From Anaerolineae bacterium (lineage in GTDB: Bacteria; Chloroflexota; Anaerolineae; B4-G1; DUEL01), in assembly GCA_036172315.1 (NCBI GenBank), contig JASFBC010000093.1, positions 27,108-91,107 on the forward strand: DNA of 64,000 nucleotides, written 5' to 3'. Position numbers and translations under genes: made by a program. A model generated the notes under the pieces. It was not told the origin of the DNA. It worked only from the letters and a program-made list of their open reading frames with translations, and did no database searches. Positions 54,046-63,041 of the stretch are shown here, piece by piece (position 1 is the first letter of the stretch; every line of letters starts with the position of its first letter).

Positions 54046-55709
54046 AAATTTTCCATCGCGCCGCTGATTTCGCGGAGCAGTTCCTCGTCGGTGAAGGCGC
54101 CCTTCTGAAGCAGGGCCTGGATGTGGCCGCTGAGCCGGGCCCGCTCATTGGGCGTGAGTTCTTTGGCCGTGACGACAATGACCGGAATATCCCGCAATTC
54201 CTCGTCGGCGTTGAGCACCTCCAGCACCCCGAAGCCGTCCACCTCCGGCATCATCAGGTCCAGCAGGATGAGGTCGGGGCGCTCCTGGCGGATGAGTTCC
54301 AGTCCCTCCCGGCCGTTCTCGGCCTCCAGAATCTGGTAGGGGCCCCGGACCTGGAGGATGCGCCGGAGGAGGCGGCGGGCGCCCGGGTCGTCCTCCAGGA
54401 TGGCCACGCGACGGACGTCCCGACCCAGTGACTCCAGCGACCCCAGCAGTCCCTCCTCCGGGGCCGGCGCGCGGGCAGGCGCCTCCACCGTCTGCACCCA
54501 GTCTTCTCCCAGCAGGTGTTTCTCCACCGGGAAGGTGTGGCCGGAGCAGTTGACGACGATCACCTCGTCCCGCCGGATGACCCCTTTGCTGAGCAGTTGG
54601 AAAAGGCCGGCGAAAGCAATGCCCGCCGCCGGCTCCATGGAGATACCCTCCAGTTTCGCCAGAACATGGATGGCGCGGAAGGCCTTTTCGTCGCTGACCA
54701 TTTCAAAGGCGCCGCCATGCTCCCGGATCACCCGGGCCAGGAAGGTATAAGCCGGGCCGGGGTCACCGGTCGCGACGGTGATAATGCGGGTGCGGGGATT
54801 GAGGACCGGCTCCGCTTTCTCCAGCCCCTTTTTGAAGGAGTGGACCATCGGGGCGCACCCTTCGGCCTGGACGCAGGCCAGGCGGGGCATGCGGTCTATC
54901 AGGCCCATGCGCAACAGTTCCTCAAACCCCTTCCAGACTCCGACCGGCCCCAGCCCGCCGCTGACGGCCTGGATATACCAGTCCGGCGCGCGCCAGGGGG
55001 TGGTGGGGCCGGGGCCCAGGTGCGCGGCCAGTTGTTCGGCGATCTCAAAGGCTACCGTCTTCATGCTCTCCCGCGCGGCGATGGAGCGGATGCCCCGGTC
55101 CAGATAGAGCCCCCGCCGCTTCGCAAATTCCGCCGCCACCTGCTTGGTCTGGTCGTAGGTGCCGGTGACCTTGACGACTTTGGCGCCGTAGATGGCGACC
55201 TCGCGCATCTTCTCCGCCGGGACCAGGCTGGTGAGGAAGGTCCAGATTTTAATGCCCGCCAGGGCGGAGTAGGCGGCGTAGGAGATGGCGACATTGCCGG
55301 TGGAAGCCAGAACCGCCTCAGTGACTCCCAGTTCTTTCATCACGGAAACCGCCAGGGCGGCCTGCCGGTCCTTGAAGGAGCCGGTCGGCCCCTGCCGTTC
55401 GTCCTTGATGTAGAGATGGGAGCATCCCAGCATCATCCCCAGGTTGACGGCCCGCAGGAGAGGGGTGCCTCCCTCGCCCATGCTGAGCCGGTGGGCATCA
55501 TTCCGGAGGGGAAGGAGTTCCCGGTAGCGCCACATCGTCTGGGGACGGCGGGGCATTTCCCGCTGCCAGATACGGGCCACGCTCGGGTAGTCATAGATAA
55601 CGTCCAGCCAGTCCCCATCGCACTGCGGGCAGCGCTCCAGGGGACGGGTGAACGGCTCATGGTAGCCACAGCGAGTGCATTGCAGGTACGGGTACTGGTG
55701 AGTATCCAT
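54042..55709 (-). CDS. Threonine-synthase-like PLP enzyme (N-terminal zinc ribbon) fused to a C-terminal response-regulator receiver domain
   Basis: Zn ribbon CTRCG...CPQCDG. PLP-lysine motif GPTGSFKDRQ. C-terminal ~125 aa is a complete REC (ILEDDP; LILLDLMMPEVDG; VVTAK). The ORF is continuous with no internal start; RBS GGGGAGAGAG lies before ATG 55709. Confidence 0.8.
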   Translation of the reverse strand: MDTHQYPYLQCTRCGYHEPFTRPLERCPQCDGDWLDVIYDYPSVARIWQREMPRRPQTMWRYRELLPLRNDAHRLSMGEGGTPLLRAVNLGMMLGCSHLYIKDERQGPTGSFKDRQAALAVSVMKELGVTEAVLASTGNVAISYAAYSALAGIKIWTFLTSLVPAEKMREVAIYGAKVVKVTGTYDQTKQVAAEFAKRRGLYLDRGIRSIAARESMKTVAFEIAEQLAAHLGPGPTTPWRAPDWYIQAVSGGLGPVGVWKGFEELLRMGLIDRMPRLACVQAEGCAPMVHSFKKGLEKAEPVLNPRTRIITVATGDPGPAYTFLARVIREHGGAFEMVSDEKAFRAIHVLAKLEGISMEPAAGIAFAGLFQLLSKGVIRRDEVIVVNCSGHTFPVEKHLLGEDWVQTVEAPARAPAPEEGLLGSLESLGRDVRRVAILEDDPGARRLLRRILQVRGPYQILEAENGREGLELIRQERPDLILLDLMMPEVDGFGVLEVLNADEELRDIPVIVVTAKELTPNERARLSGHIQALLQKGAFTDEELLREISGAMENL

Positions 55710-55813
55710 CTCTCTCCCCTGGGGGCGGGGCGGATTCTCATTCTGCGAAGCCCCTTCGGGGGTTGGATAGCCCGAAGGGTTTTGCCGCTTGAGCCCGCCG
55801 CTTGAGTGGTTCA

Positions 55814-58800
55814 TTATCCCTCCCCAGACCCTTCGGGCCACCCCCTCCTCTTTTCAGATTGAGGGTCTGGAGAGGGAGGGGAAAGGGGGGTGAGGGAGTC
55901 CGGTTTTCGGACAACTTCCAGGAGCGGCAGCCAGACGGTGCAGCGGGTGCCCTTCCCTACCTCGCTTTCCACCGCAATCCGCCCACCGTGACGGTCCAGC
56001 ATCTCTTTGACAATGGAGAGGCCCAGGCCGGTGCCAGGAATCTGCATCTGGCGCGGCCGCTCCCCCCGGAAGAAGCGGTCAAAAATATAGGGCAGTTCAT
56101 CTTTGGGAATGCCGATGCCGGTATCGGCGACGGTGACCGTTGCCCAGCGATGTCCCTCTCGTTCCCCCTCTCCGGTGCTCACCTCCACCCGTCCGCCTGA
56201 AGGGGTGTGCTGAATGGCGTTGCGGATCAGGTTGTTCAGCACCATGCGGAGCGCGTCGGGGTCGGCACGGGCAACCGGTTCCTCCTCCGCCAGGTGGCAC
56301 TCCAGCACCAGCCCCTGGGCCAGCGCCAGGGGCCGCTGCGCGTCCACCACCTCTGCTACCAGAGCGTTGAGCCCCACCGGGCCGAACTGCATCCGGGTAG
56401 CCCCGGAATCCAGCCGGGAAATTTCCAGCACATCCTCCACCAGGCGGGCCTGCCACTCCACCTCCCGCTCCATAATCTCCAGATATTCGGGGAGCAGTTC
56501 GGGCGTCCTCCGCAGGAGGTGGAGATAGGTCTTGATGGTCGTAAGGGGGGTGCGCAATTCGTGGGAGATATTGGAGATGAACCGGACGCGCAGCCGCTCC
56601 AGCGTCTTGTACTGGGTTACATCATGGAGGACAACGACGACCGCCGTTTCCCCCTCAATTCCTTCAATCGGGGACGCCCGGACTTCCAGGTCCAGCCCCG
56701 GCAATTCCACCACCTCCTCGGGCCGCTCCCGGGCTTTTCGGGCTACCCGCCGAACCGCTTCCTCCAGCCGCTGGGCGTCCTCGGGGGAGAGGTCCCGGGT
56801 CAGCCATCCCTGGACGACCGGGTTGGCCTGGAGAATCTCCCCCTGAGAGTCGGCCAGGATGATGCCGTCGCCGGTGCTGCGCAGGACGGCCTCCAATCGG
56901 GCGTACTGGGCCGCCAGTTGCGCCGTCCGCTCCCGCACCTGCTCCTCCAGCGTCCCGGCATAGCGGCGCAGTTCGGTGTAGAGGTGGGCGTTCTCCAGCG
57001 CGATGGCGACATGGTCGGCGAACGCTCTCAGCCGGGCCGCGTCGGCAGAGGTGAACTGGTGGGGGCGGGTGCCGTCCACGTTCAGGAAGCCCACGGTGAT
57101 CCCCCGGACAACGATCGGCGCGGCCACATAGGAGCGAATCCAATCCAGCCCCTCCAGCCGGACCCAGAGGGGGTCGGCATGGGTATCGGGGATAAGCAGC
57201 GGATCACCGGTCCGGGCCATTCTCTGAAGGGTAGGGATCTCCATCACCGGAAACCCCAGAGAGGCAACCCGTTCTTCTGCTCCGAACTGTTCGTATCCCC
57301 GTCCGCCTGCAATGCGGGCGATGCCGTCTTCTATCAACATTACATTGAAGGCATCGCCAGGCACCACCCGCGCCACCTGCTCCAGAATGTGCTCCAGCAC
57401 CTGGGTCGGGTCCAGGGTGCGGGTGATCACAGCGGCCGCCTCCGCCAGCGCCTGGGCCAGTTCCCGCTGCTCCCGTTCGGCCCGGTAGAGCCGCTCGTTC
57501 TCTATCGCCCTGGCCAGCGCGTCGGCCACCTGCTGGAGGAGAGGAACCTGCCCGTGGCGGAAGTTCCGCTCCCGGGTGCTGACGACGTGGAGGGCGCCGA
57601 TGACCTGCATGCCCACCCGCAGCGGCAGGCTCACATAGGAGCGAAAGCCCGCCTTGTAGAGAGCCTGAATAGCCGCGTACTCCTTCTCGGCGCTCATATC
57701 GGGGCAAAAACGGGGCCGGCCCTCCAGCAGGTCGTCCCAGACCGGGGTGGTGGAGAGAGGGAGGAGGGTGCCTTCCTCCAGGATGGGGAAGGGGGTCTCC
57801 AGGACAGCGATGCGGTAATGGGTCCTATCTTCCAGAAGCGCCACGGCAACCCGGTCGCAGCCGGTGAGGATACACAGGCCATGGACCAGGACGCGGAAGG
57901 CCTGGCGGACCTCCAGGGTGTTCAGCGCGGTGGCGATGAGCGCCAGGATCTCCTCTTCCTGCGCCCGACGGTGCTCCTCCTCATAGAGGCGGGCGTTCTC
58001 CAGCGCTACCGCCACCTGGTCCGCCAGCGCGCGCAGGAACTCCATGTCCACTCCCCGGAACGCGTCCACCTGCGGGCTCTGGAGGTCCAGGTTGCCCAGG
58101 ACCCGGTCGCCCCGCAGGAGTGGGATCACCAGTTCGGAGCGGGTAGTGGGGATCAGCGGGAAATAGTCCGGATCCTGCCGGACGTCGGGGACGTAGCAGG
58201 TCATACGGGTGCGGTAGGCGCGAGAATGGATGCCCTCCGTCAGGCTGAGGGGCTGGGTGAGGGCCCGCTCCCGCTCCTGGGGGGAATAACCGCGCAGGGA
58301 GCGGCGCTCAAAGACCCCCCGCTCCGGGTCGGGCACCAGGACCGAGCCGTGGGTGGCGCCGGTGGCCCGTACCGCCTCTTCGGTCAGCCGGTCCAGGATG
58401 GCCTCCGTATCCAGGGTGGAGTTGACGACCTGGCCGATACGGTAGAGGGCCTCCTGACGCTCCCGGGCGGCCCGCTCCTGTTCATAGAGGCGAGCGTTCT
58501 CTATGACCGCGGCCGCGTCCGCGGCCAGCGTCTGGCAGAGGCGGATTTCGGCCTCGGCGAACGCTCGCTCCTGGCGGCTCTCGCAAAGAGCGACGAAGCC
58601 GATAGCGCGATCGCGCACCACCAGGGGGACAACCAGTTGGGATTTCCAGCCGTACCGCTCCACCTCCGCCCGGTCGCCCGCATTCAGGTAGCCGCCGGCC
58701 TGGAGAACCAGAGGCCGCCGCTCCCGGAGCGCACGAACCACTCTCGGATGGAGGCTCAGGTCAAAGGTCTGGCCTATATCGGTGAGGGCCGCTGCCCGTT

Positions 58801-61800
58801 CTTTTTCCGATGCCTGGGGGCCAAACCACCCCTTCACTTCGGTAGCGGTATGGGTCGCCTCATCCCAGAGGCTGATGTAGACGCTGGTGACATCCAGCGC
58901 CTGGCCGATTTGCTGGGCCAGCGCTTCCAGCGCGGCGTCCAGTTCCCGCTGGGAGGAAATGGTGACGGCGGCCTGATAAAGGAAGGCCATCTCTTCGGCT
59001 CGCCGCTGCTGGGCCTGATAGAGTTGGGCGTTCGTGATGGCGGCGGCGATGTGGCCCGCCAGAGTCTCCATCACGGCCACGTCCAGCGGGGTAAAGGCAC
59101 CCCGGCGTGCGCTCTGGAGAGTGAGCACACCCACCAGCCGCCCGTGATACTTCAGGGGGACATCCAGTTCGGCGCGAGTCCCGGTGAGATACGGAGCGAT
59201 GGAGCGGGGCTCCTGGCTCACGTCGTTGGCCAGGAGCGTCTTGCCGGTCCGGGCTACCCAGCCGATCATCCCCTCGCCGACCTTCTGGCGGAAGCCCGGA
59301 GGGGTGAGGCCGGCCCAGATTCCCGCCCCGGCGACGAACTCCAGTTCCCCCGCCGCCTCGTCCAGAAGCATCAGGCCAACGTAGTCGTAGCCGAAAGCCC
59401 GGACGATGCCCTCCACCGCCTCCTGCCAGACCGCCTCCGGCTCCAGGATGGCGGCCAGCCGTTCCCCCAGTTCGGCTACGGCGGCCATGCGGCGGGCCCG
59501 CTCCCGTTCGTCCTCATAGAGGCGGGCGCCGGCCAGAGCCCCGGCGATGATCACTCCGGCGGCCTCCGCCAGGTGAGTGTGGTCGGGGGTGAAGGCGGCC
59601 CTCTGCGCGCTTCCCAGGCTCATCACGCCGACCAGTTCCTCCCCAAAGCGGAGAGGAATGCTGAGAGCGGAGCGGACATGCTCGTCCACCCCCTGAAATA
59701 CCAGCCAGCGGTCGTCCTGAAGCACGTCATCTACCACGGCGGTCCGGCGGTGGAGGGCGACCCAGCCGGCCAGCCCTTTCCCGACGGTCAGTTGCAGGCG
59801 ACGGTCCAGGCTTTCCGCTTCCCTATCGCCGGGGCCGGTGGCAGCGATGAGCCGCAGGCGGGGGGTGCCCGGTTCAGCCACAAAGACGACTCCCTGCTGG
59901 GCTCCGGTCATCCCGCAGAGGGCTTCCAGGGCCTCCTGGGCGATAGCCCGCGCGTCCAGGGTTCCGGCCAGCCGCTGCCCCAGGCGGTGGAGGAAATCCA
60001 GTTGCTCCCGCTCCTGCCGGAGGGTCTCGTAGAGGCGGGCGTTGGAGAGGGCGATGGCGGCCTGGGCCGCGAAGAGGTCCAGCAGGTCGGCGTCCTCCTG
60101 GGAGAAGGTGCGGGGCGGGTCGGCCAGGACGATGAGGACGCCCAGTATCTCCTCTCCCCGCCGCACCGGCACGCCGATGACCGCTGTCCAGGGGTAACCG
60201 GCGTACTGCGCCGGACGGTCCTCCTGCTGCGAATAGTTATCCACCCAGAAGGGGCGGCCCGTCTTCCAGACCCGGCGGGTAATCACGCCCTCGGAGGGCC
60301 GCAAGCGGGTTCCGACGGGGGGTTGATTGGGGCCGACGGAGACGACCCACTCCAGAGCATCCTCCTCCGGCCGGTAGAGGTAGAGGCCCCCGCCGCTTCC
60401 GCCCACCAGGTCCACCGCCCGCCGGACGATGGAGGATAGGAGGGCATCCAGGTCCAGCCGTGCAAAGAGTTCTAATCCGACCTGGCGGAGGGCTTCTATC
60501 TGCTCGGCCCGGCGGCGGACGGCCTCCTCGGCCCGCACCCGATCGGTGAGGTCCACGATGGAGCACAGGATGGCCGGGCGGCCCCGGTAGTCCACGCGGG
60601 TGCCCAGCACCTCGCAGGGGAAACGGGAGCCGTCCTTGCGCAATCCCTGGATGGTGTAGTGGACGCTCATCACTTCGCCATTCGGCCGTTTCCGGATGTT
60701 CTCCGCTACCCGCTCCCGATCTTCGGGGGCCACCACATCCAGAGGCCCCAGCCGGTCTATCAGTTCTTCCGGCTCATAGCCGAACATATGGGCGCCGGCG
60801 GGGTTCACATACCGGAGCAGGCCGTCCTGGATCAGGTAGACGCCGGTCAGTGCGTGTTCGGCCAGGAGGCGGAAGCGCTCCTCGCTCTCCCGCCGCGCCT
60901 CCTCCTGCTCCAGGGAATGGAAGGCGAAGGCCAGGTCTTCAGCGATCTCGCTCAGGAGTTTTTGCTCTTCGGGGGACGGGGTGAGATCGGGGGATAGCGC
61001 GATGCCGAGGAAGCCGTAAGTCCGCCCGCCGTGGGCCATGCGGACGACCATTGCGGCGGCGCCCCGGTAGGTCAGGCGGACGGGGCAATCCGGACAGGCC
61101 TCCGGTTCGGGGATGATGAGCGGTTCGGACATTGTCAGGGCCTGGCGGGCGCAGGTGGGGAGTCGGCCTTCGCCCCAGGCCTTCAGCAGCGCGGGGAAGC
61201 CCGTCCCGATGGGCCCGGCGGCGGCCCCGGAGAGAGCCCGGCCGGCCTCGTCGGTGAGAACGGCCCAGGCTCCGAGGTAGTCGCGCGTGCGAACCAGTTC
61301 GTCGCAGGCGATCCGGATAAGGCACTCCCTATCTTTTTCTCGGGTAGTGGCCTGATTGATGTTGCGGATGGCCCGCAGGACGGCGTTGAGGCGGGTCAGT
61401 TCCTCTTCCCTTTGTCCCAGTGCATCCAGCGTCTCGTTGAAAGCCCGGGCCAGGTCGGCCAGTTCGTCCCGGCCGCGCAGGGTAACCCGGCCTCCGGGCT
61501 CGCCCCTGGCGCCGATGGCCCGGACCTGCGCGGCCAGCGCGGCCAGCCGGACCAGGATGTCCCGGTCCAGGAGCAGGAGGACCGCCAGGGTAACCAGGAG
61601 GCCGAGGGCGACCACTGTGCCGATGAGGTAACGGAAAGCCAGCAGGCCGCGCGCGTAAGTTTCCCGGGGGCCCTCGGTCCGCAGGACCAGCGCCGGGCGG
61701 CCGTAGAGGTCCGTCAGCAGCCCATATCCGGCGATGCGAGCCCCGTCCAGCGGTTGGGCCCGGACGGGGGTCTGGGGGGAGAGGTGGGGGTAGATGACTC

Positions 61801-62443
61801 GCAGGTCCTCAGGCCACTCCTCGGAGCGGTCAGCCCGGTGGGCGGTGACGGAGAGGTCCAGGCGCTGGCTCATCCAGTCCAGGAGGTCGGCGTTCAGATA
61901 GCGGCCGAAGACGAGAACACCGCGCGCAGGGCCCCGGTCCTCGGAGGTCAGGATGGGGCGCGCAGTCACCAGGAGGACGCCCTCGGGCAGCAGGAGCAGG
62001 CCGCGCAGCCCCTCTTCGGGGACGCGAGTCAGGACCGGCAGCGCGTCGTAAATCTCCCGGGGGACCGGTGCCTCCTCTGCGGCCTTCAGGTCGTAGGCCC
62101 GGGCCAGGACCACCCGGCCGGAGGCGTGGACGAAGAGCATCAGGTTGAGGTGGGTGTTCAGGAAAGTCTCATCGGTGATGTTGGAGCGGATGTACGCGGG
62201 ATTGACGTCCTCTATGAAGGCGTACGTATCGTCCCAGGAGGCCCAGTCGTGGTTGAGGGTGTCTATAGGCCGCAGTTCGTCCTCCAGGAAAGCCCGGACG
62301 CGGTGGGCATCGTGCTCTGTATCCCGGAGTTCGGCCTCCGCAAAGGCACGCAGGAGGGTCCGGGAGAAGAGCAGGCCCAGCAGCGCCACCAGGAAGACAA
62401 TGGTCAGACCTACAGTCAGTAGAGTACGGGTTCGGAGGGACAT
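55814..62443 (-). CDS. Giant sensor histidine kinase (TM-CHASE4-TM-HAMP, multiple GAF/PAS, HisKA-HATPase), 2209 aa
   Basis: N-terminal TM plus CHASE4-like periplasmic block; repeated GAF/PAS segments. H-box ISHELRTPLTTI; G2 GTGLGLSIVKEM. Confidence 0.85.
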   Translation of the reverse strand: MSLRTRTLLTVGLTIVFLVALLGLLFSRTLLRAFAEAELRDTEHDAHRVRAFLEDELRPIDTLNHDWASWDDTYAFIEDVNPAYIRSNITDETFLNTHLNLMLFVHASGRVVLARAYDLKAAEEAPVPREIYDALPVLTRVPEEGLRGLLLLPEGVLLVTARPILTSEDRGPARGVLVFGRYLNADLLDWMSQRLDLSVTAHRADRSEEWPEDLRVIYPHLSPQTPVRAQPLDGARIAGYGLLTDLYGRPALVLRTEGPRETYARGLLAFRYLIGTVVALGLLVTLAVLLLLDRDILVRLAALAAQVRAIGARGEPGGRVTLRGRDELADLARAFNETLDALGQREEELTRLNAVLRAIRNINQATTREKDRECLIRIACDELVRTRDYLGAWAVLTDEAGRALSGAAAGPIGTGFPALLKAWGEGRLPTCARQALTMSEPLIIPEPEACPDCPVRLTYRGAAAMVVRMAHGGRTYGFLGIALSPDLTPSPEEQKLLSEIAEDLAFAFHSLEQEEARRESEERFRLLAEHALTGVYLIQDGLLRYVNPAGAHMFGYEPEELIDRLGPLDVVAPEDRERVAENIRKRPNGEVMSVHYTIQGLRKDGSRFPCEVLGTRVDYRGRPAILCSIVDLTDRVRAEEAVRRRAEQIEALRQVGLELFARLDLDALLSSIVRRAVDLVGGSGGGLYLYRPEEDALEWVVSVGPNQPPVGTRLRPSEGVITRRVWKTGRPFWVDNYSQQEDRPAQYAGYPWTAVIGVPVRRGEEILGVLIVLADPPRTFSQEDADLLDLFAAQAAIALSNARLYETLRQEREQLDFLHRLGQRLAGTLDARAIAQEALEALCGMTGAQQGVVFVAEPGTPRLRLIAATGPGDREAESLDRRLQLTVGKGLAGWVALHRRTAVVDDVLQDDRWLVFQGVDEHVRSALSIPLRFGEELVGVMSLGSAQRAAFTPDHTHLAEAAGVIIAGALAGARLYEDERERARRMAAVAELGERLAAILEPEAVWQEAVEGIVRAFGYDYVGLMLLDEAAGELEFVAGAGIWAGLTPPGFRQKVGEGMIGWVARTGKTLLANDVSQEPRSIAPYLTGTRAELDVPLKYHGRLVGVLTLQSARRGAFTPLDVAVMETLAGHIAAAITNAQLYQAQQRRAEEMAFLYQAAVTISSQRELDAALEALAQQIGQALDVTSVYISLWDEATHTATEVKGWFGPQASEKERAAALTDIGQTFDLSLHPRVVRALRERRPLVLQAGGYLNAGDRAEVERYGWKSQLVVPLVVRDRAIGFVALCESRQERAFAEAEIRLCQTLAADAAAVIENARLYEQERAARERQEALYRIGQVVNSTLDTEAILDRLTEEAVRATGATHGSVLVPDPERGVFERRSLRGYSPQERERALTQPLSLTEGIHSRAYRTRMTCYVPDVRQDPDYFPLIPTTRSELVIPLLRGDRVLGNLDLQSPQVDAFRGVDMEFLRALADQVAVALENARLYEEEHRRAQEEEILALIATALNTLEVRQAFRVLVHGLCILTGCDRVAVALLEDRTHYRIAVLETPFPILEEGTLLPLSTTPVWDDLLEGRPRFCPDMSAEKEYAAIQALYKAGFRSYVSLPLRVGMQVIGALHVVSTRERNFRHGQVPLLQQVADALARAIENERLYRAEREQRELAQALAEAAAVITRTLDPTQVLEHILEQVARVVPGDAFNVMLIEDGIARIAGGRGYEQFGAEERVASLGFPVMEIPTLQRMARTGDPLLIPDTHADPLWVRLEGLDWIRSYVAAPIVVRGITVGFLNVDGTRPHQFTSADAARLRAFADHVAIALENAHLYTELRRYAGTLEEQVRERTAQLAAQYARLEAVLRSTGDGIILADSQGEILQANPVVQGWLTRDLSPEDAQRLEEAVRRVARKARERPEEVVELPGLDLEVRASPIEGIEGETAVVVVLHDVTQYKTLERLRVRFISNISHELRTPLTTIKTYLHLLRRTPELLPEYLEIMEREVEWQARLVEDVLEISRLDSGATRMQFGPVGLNALVAEVVDAQRPLALAQGLVLECHLAEEEPVARADPDALRMVLNNLIRNAIQHTPSGGRVEVSTGEGEREGHRWATVTVADTGIGIPKDELPYIFDRFFRGERPRQMQIPGTGLGLSIVKEMLDRHGGRIAVESEVGKGTRCTVWLPLLEVVRKPDSLTPLSPPSPDPQSEKRRGWPEGSGEG

Positions 62444-62452
62444 TTTTCAGAG

Positions 62453-62543
62453 CGTGAAACGTGAAACGTGAAAAGTGAAAAGTGAAACGTGAAAAGTGAA
62501 ACGTGAAAAGTGAAAAGTGAAAAGTGAAACGGGAGACGGGAAA
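62453..62543. repeat. Tandem heptanucleotide repeat (NGTGAAA)x11 plus 2 degenerate units, immediately 5' of the giant kinase start
   Basis: CGTGAAA/AGTGAAA units are perfectly phased from 62453 to 62529, then CGGGAGA and CGGGAAA. They fill the whole dtd-to-kinase spacer; there is no SD before ATG 62443. Confidence 0.9.
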
Positions 62544-62546
62544 GGG

Positions 62547-62984
62547 CTATCGTTCCAGCAGGATGGTCACCGGACCGTCGTTGTGGATTTCCACCAGCAT
62601 GTGGGCGCCGAAAATGCCGGTTCGGACGGGGACGCCGACGGCGGCCAGTTCTTCGGCGAAGCGGCGCACCAGGGGCTCCGCCACCTCCGGCGGGGCGGCA
62701 TCGGTGAAGGAGGGGCGGCGGCCTTTGCGGGCGTCGGCGTAGAGGGTGAACTGGGAAACGACCAGCGCCTGGCCACCCACATCCAGGAGGCTGGCGTTCA
62801 TTTTGCCGCCGGCGTCCTCAAAGATGCGCAGGCCGGCCACCTTCTGGGCCAGCCAGCGGGCCTCTTCCTCCGTGTCGGTATGGGTCACCCCCACCAGCAC
62901 CACCACCCCCGGGCCGATGGCCGCGACGGTCTCCTCACCCACCGACACCCTCGCCGCCTGCACTCGCTGAACAACGACACGCAT
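62547..62984 (-). CDS. dtd: D-aminoacyl-tRNA deacylase
   Basis: MRVVVQRV...SQFTLYAD...GIFGAHM; RBS GGGGAG lies before ATG 62984. Confidence 0.9.
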   Translation of the reverse strand: MRVVVQRVQAARVSVGEETVAAIGPGVVVLVGVTHTDTEEEARWLAQKVAGLRIFEDAGGKMNASLLDVGGQALVVSQFTLYADARKGRRPSFTDAAPPEVAEPLVRRFAEELAAVGVPVRTGIFGAHMLVEIHNDGPVTILLER

Positions 62985-63041
62985 CGTTTTACTCCCCTCA
63001 ATCAATGTGCCAAGGCGCTTGGGGAAGTGCCTGGTATGTGC

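Noticed and set aside
56207-60439. 1410-aa ORF on the plus strand (and similar long antisense ORFs such as 785-1480, 1477-2385, 5473-6813, 10029-11063 and 16735-18336)
   Set aside because: These are antisense to well-supported genes in a high-GC genome where stop codons are rare. Their translations are low-complexity and Arg/Pro/Gly-rich with no recognisable motifs.
62453-62543. Possible CRISPR array (short direct repeats)
   Set aside because: Units are only 7 bp, strictly tandem with no spacers, and no cas genes are nearby, so this is a microsatellite, not a CRISPR.
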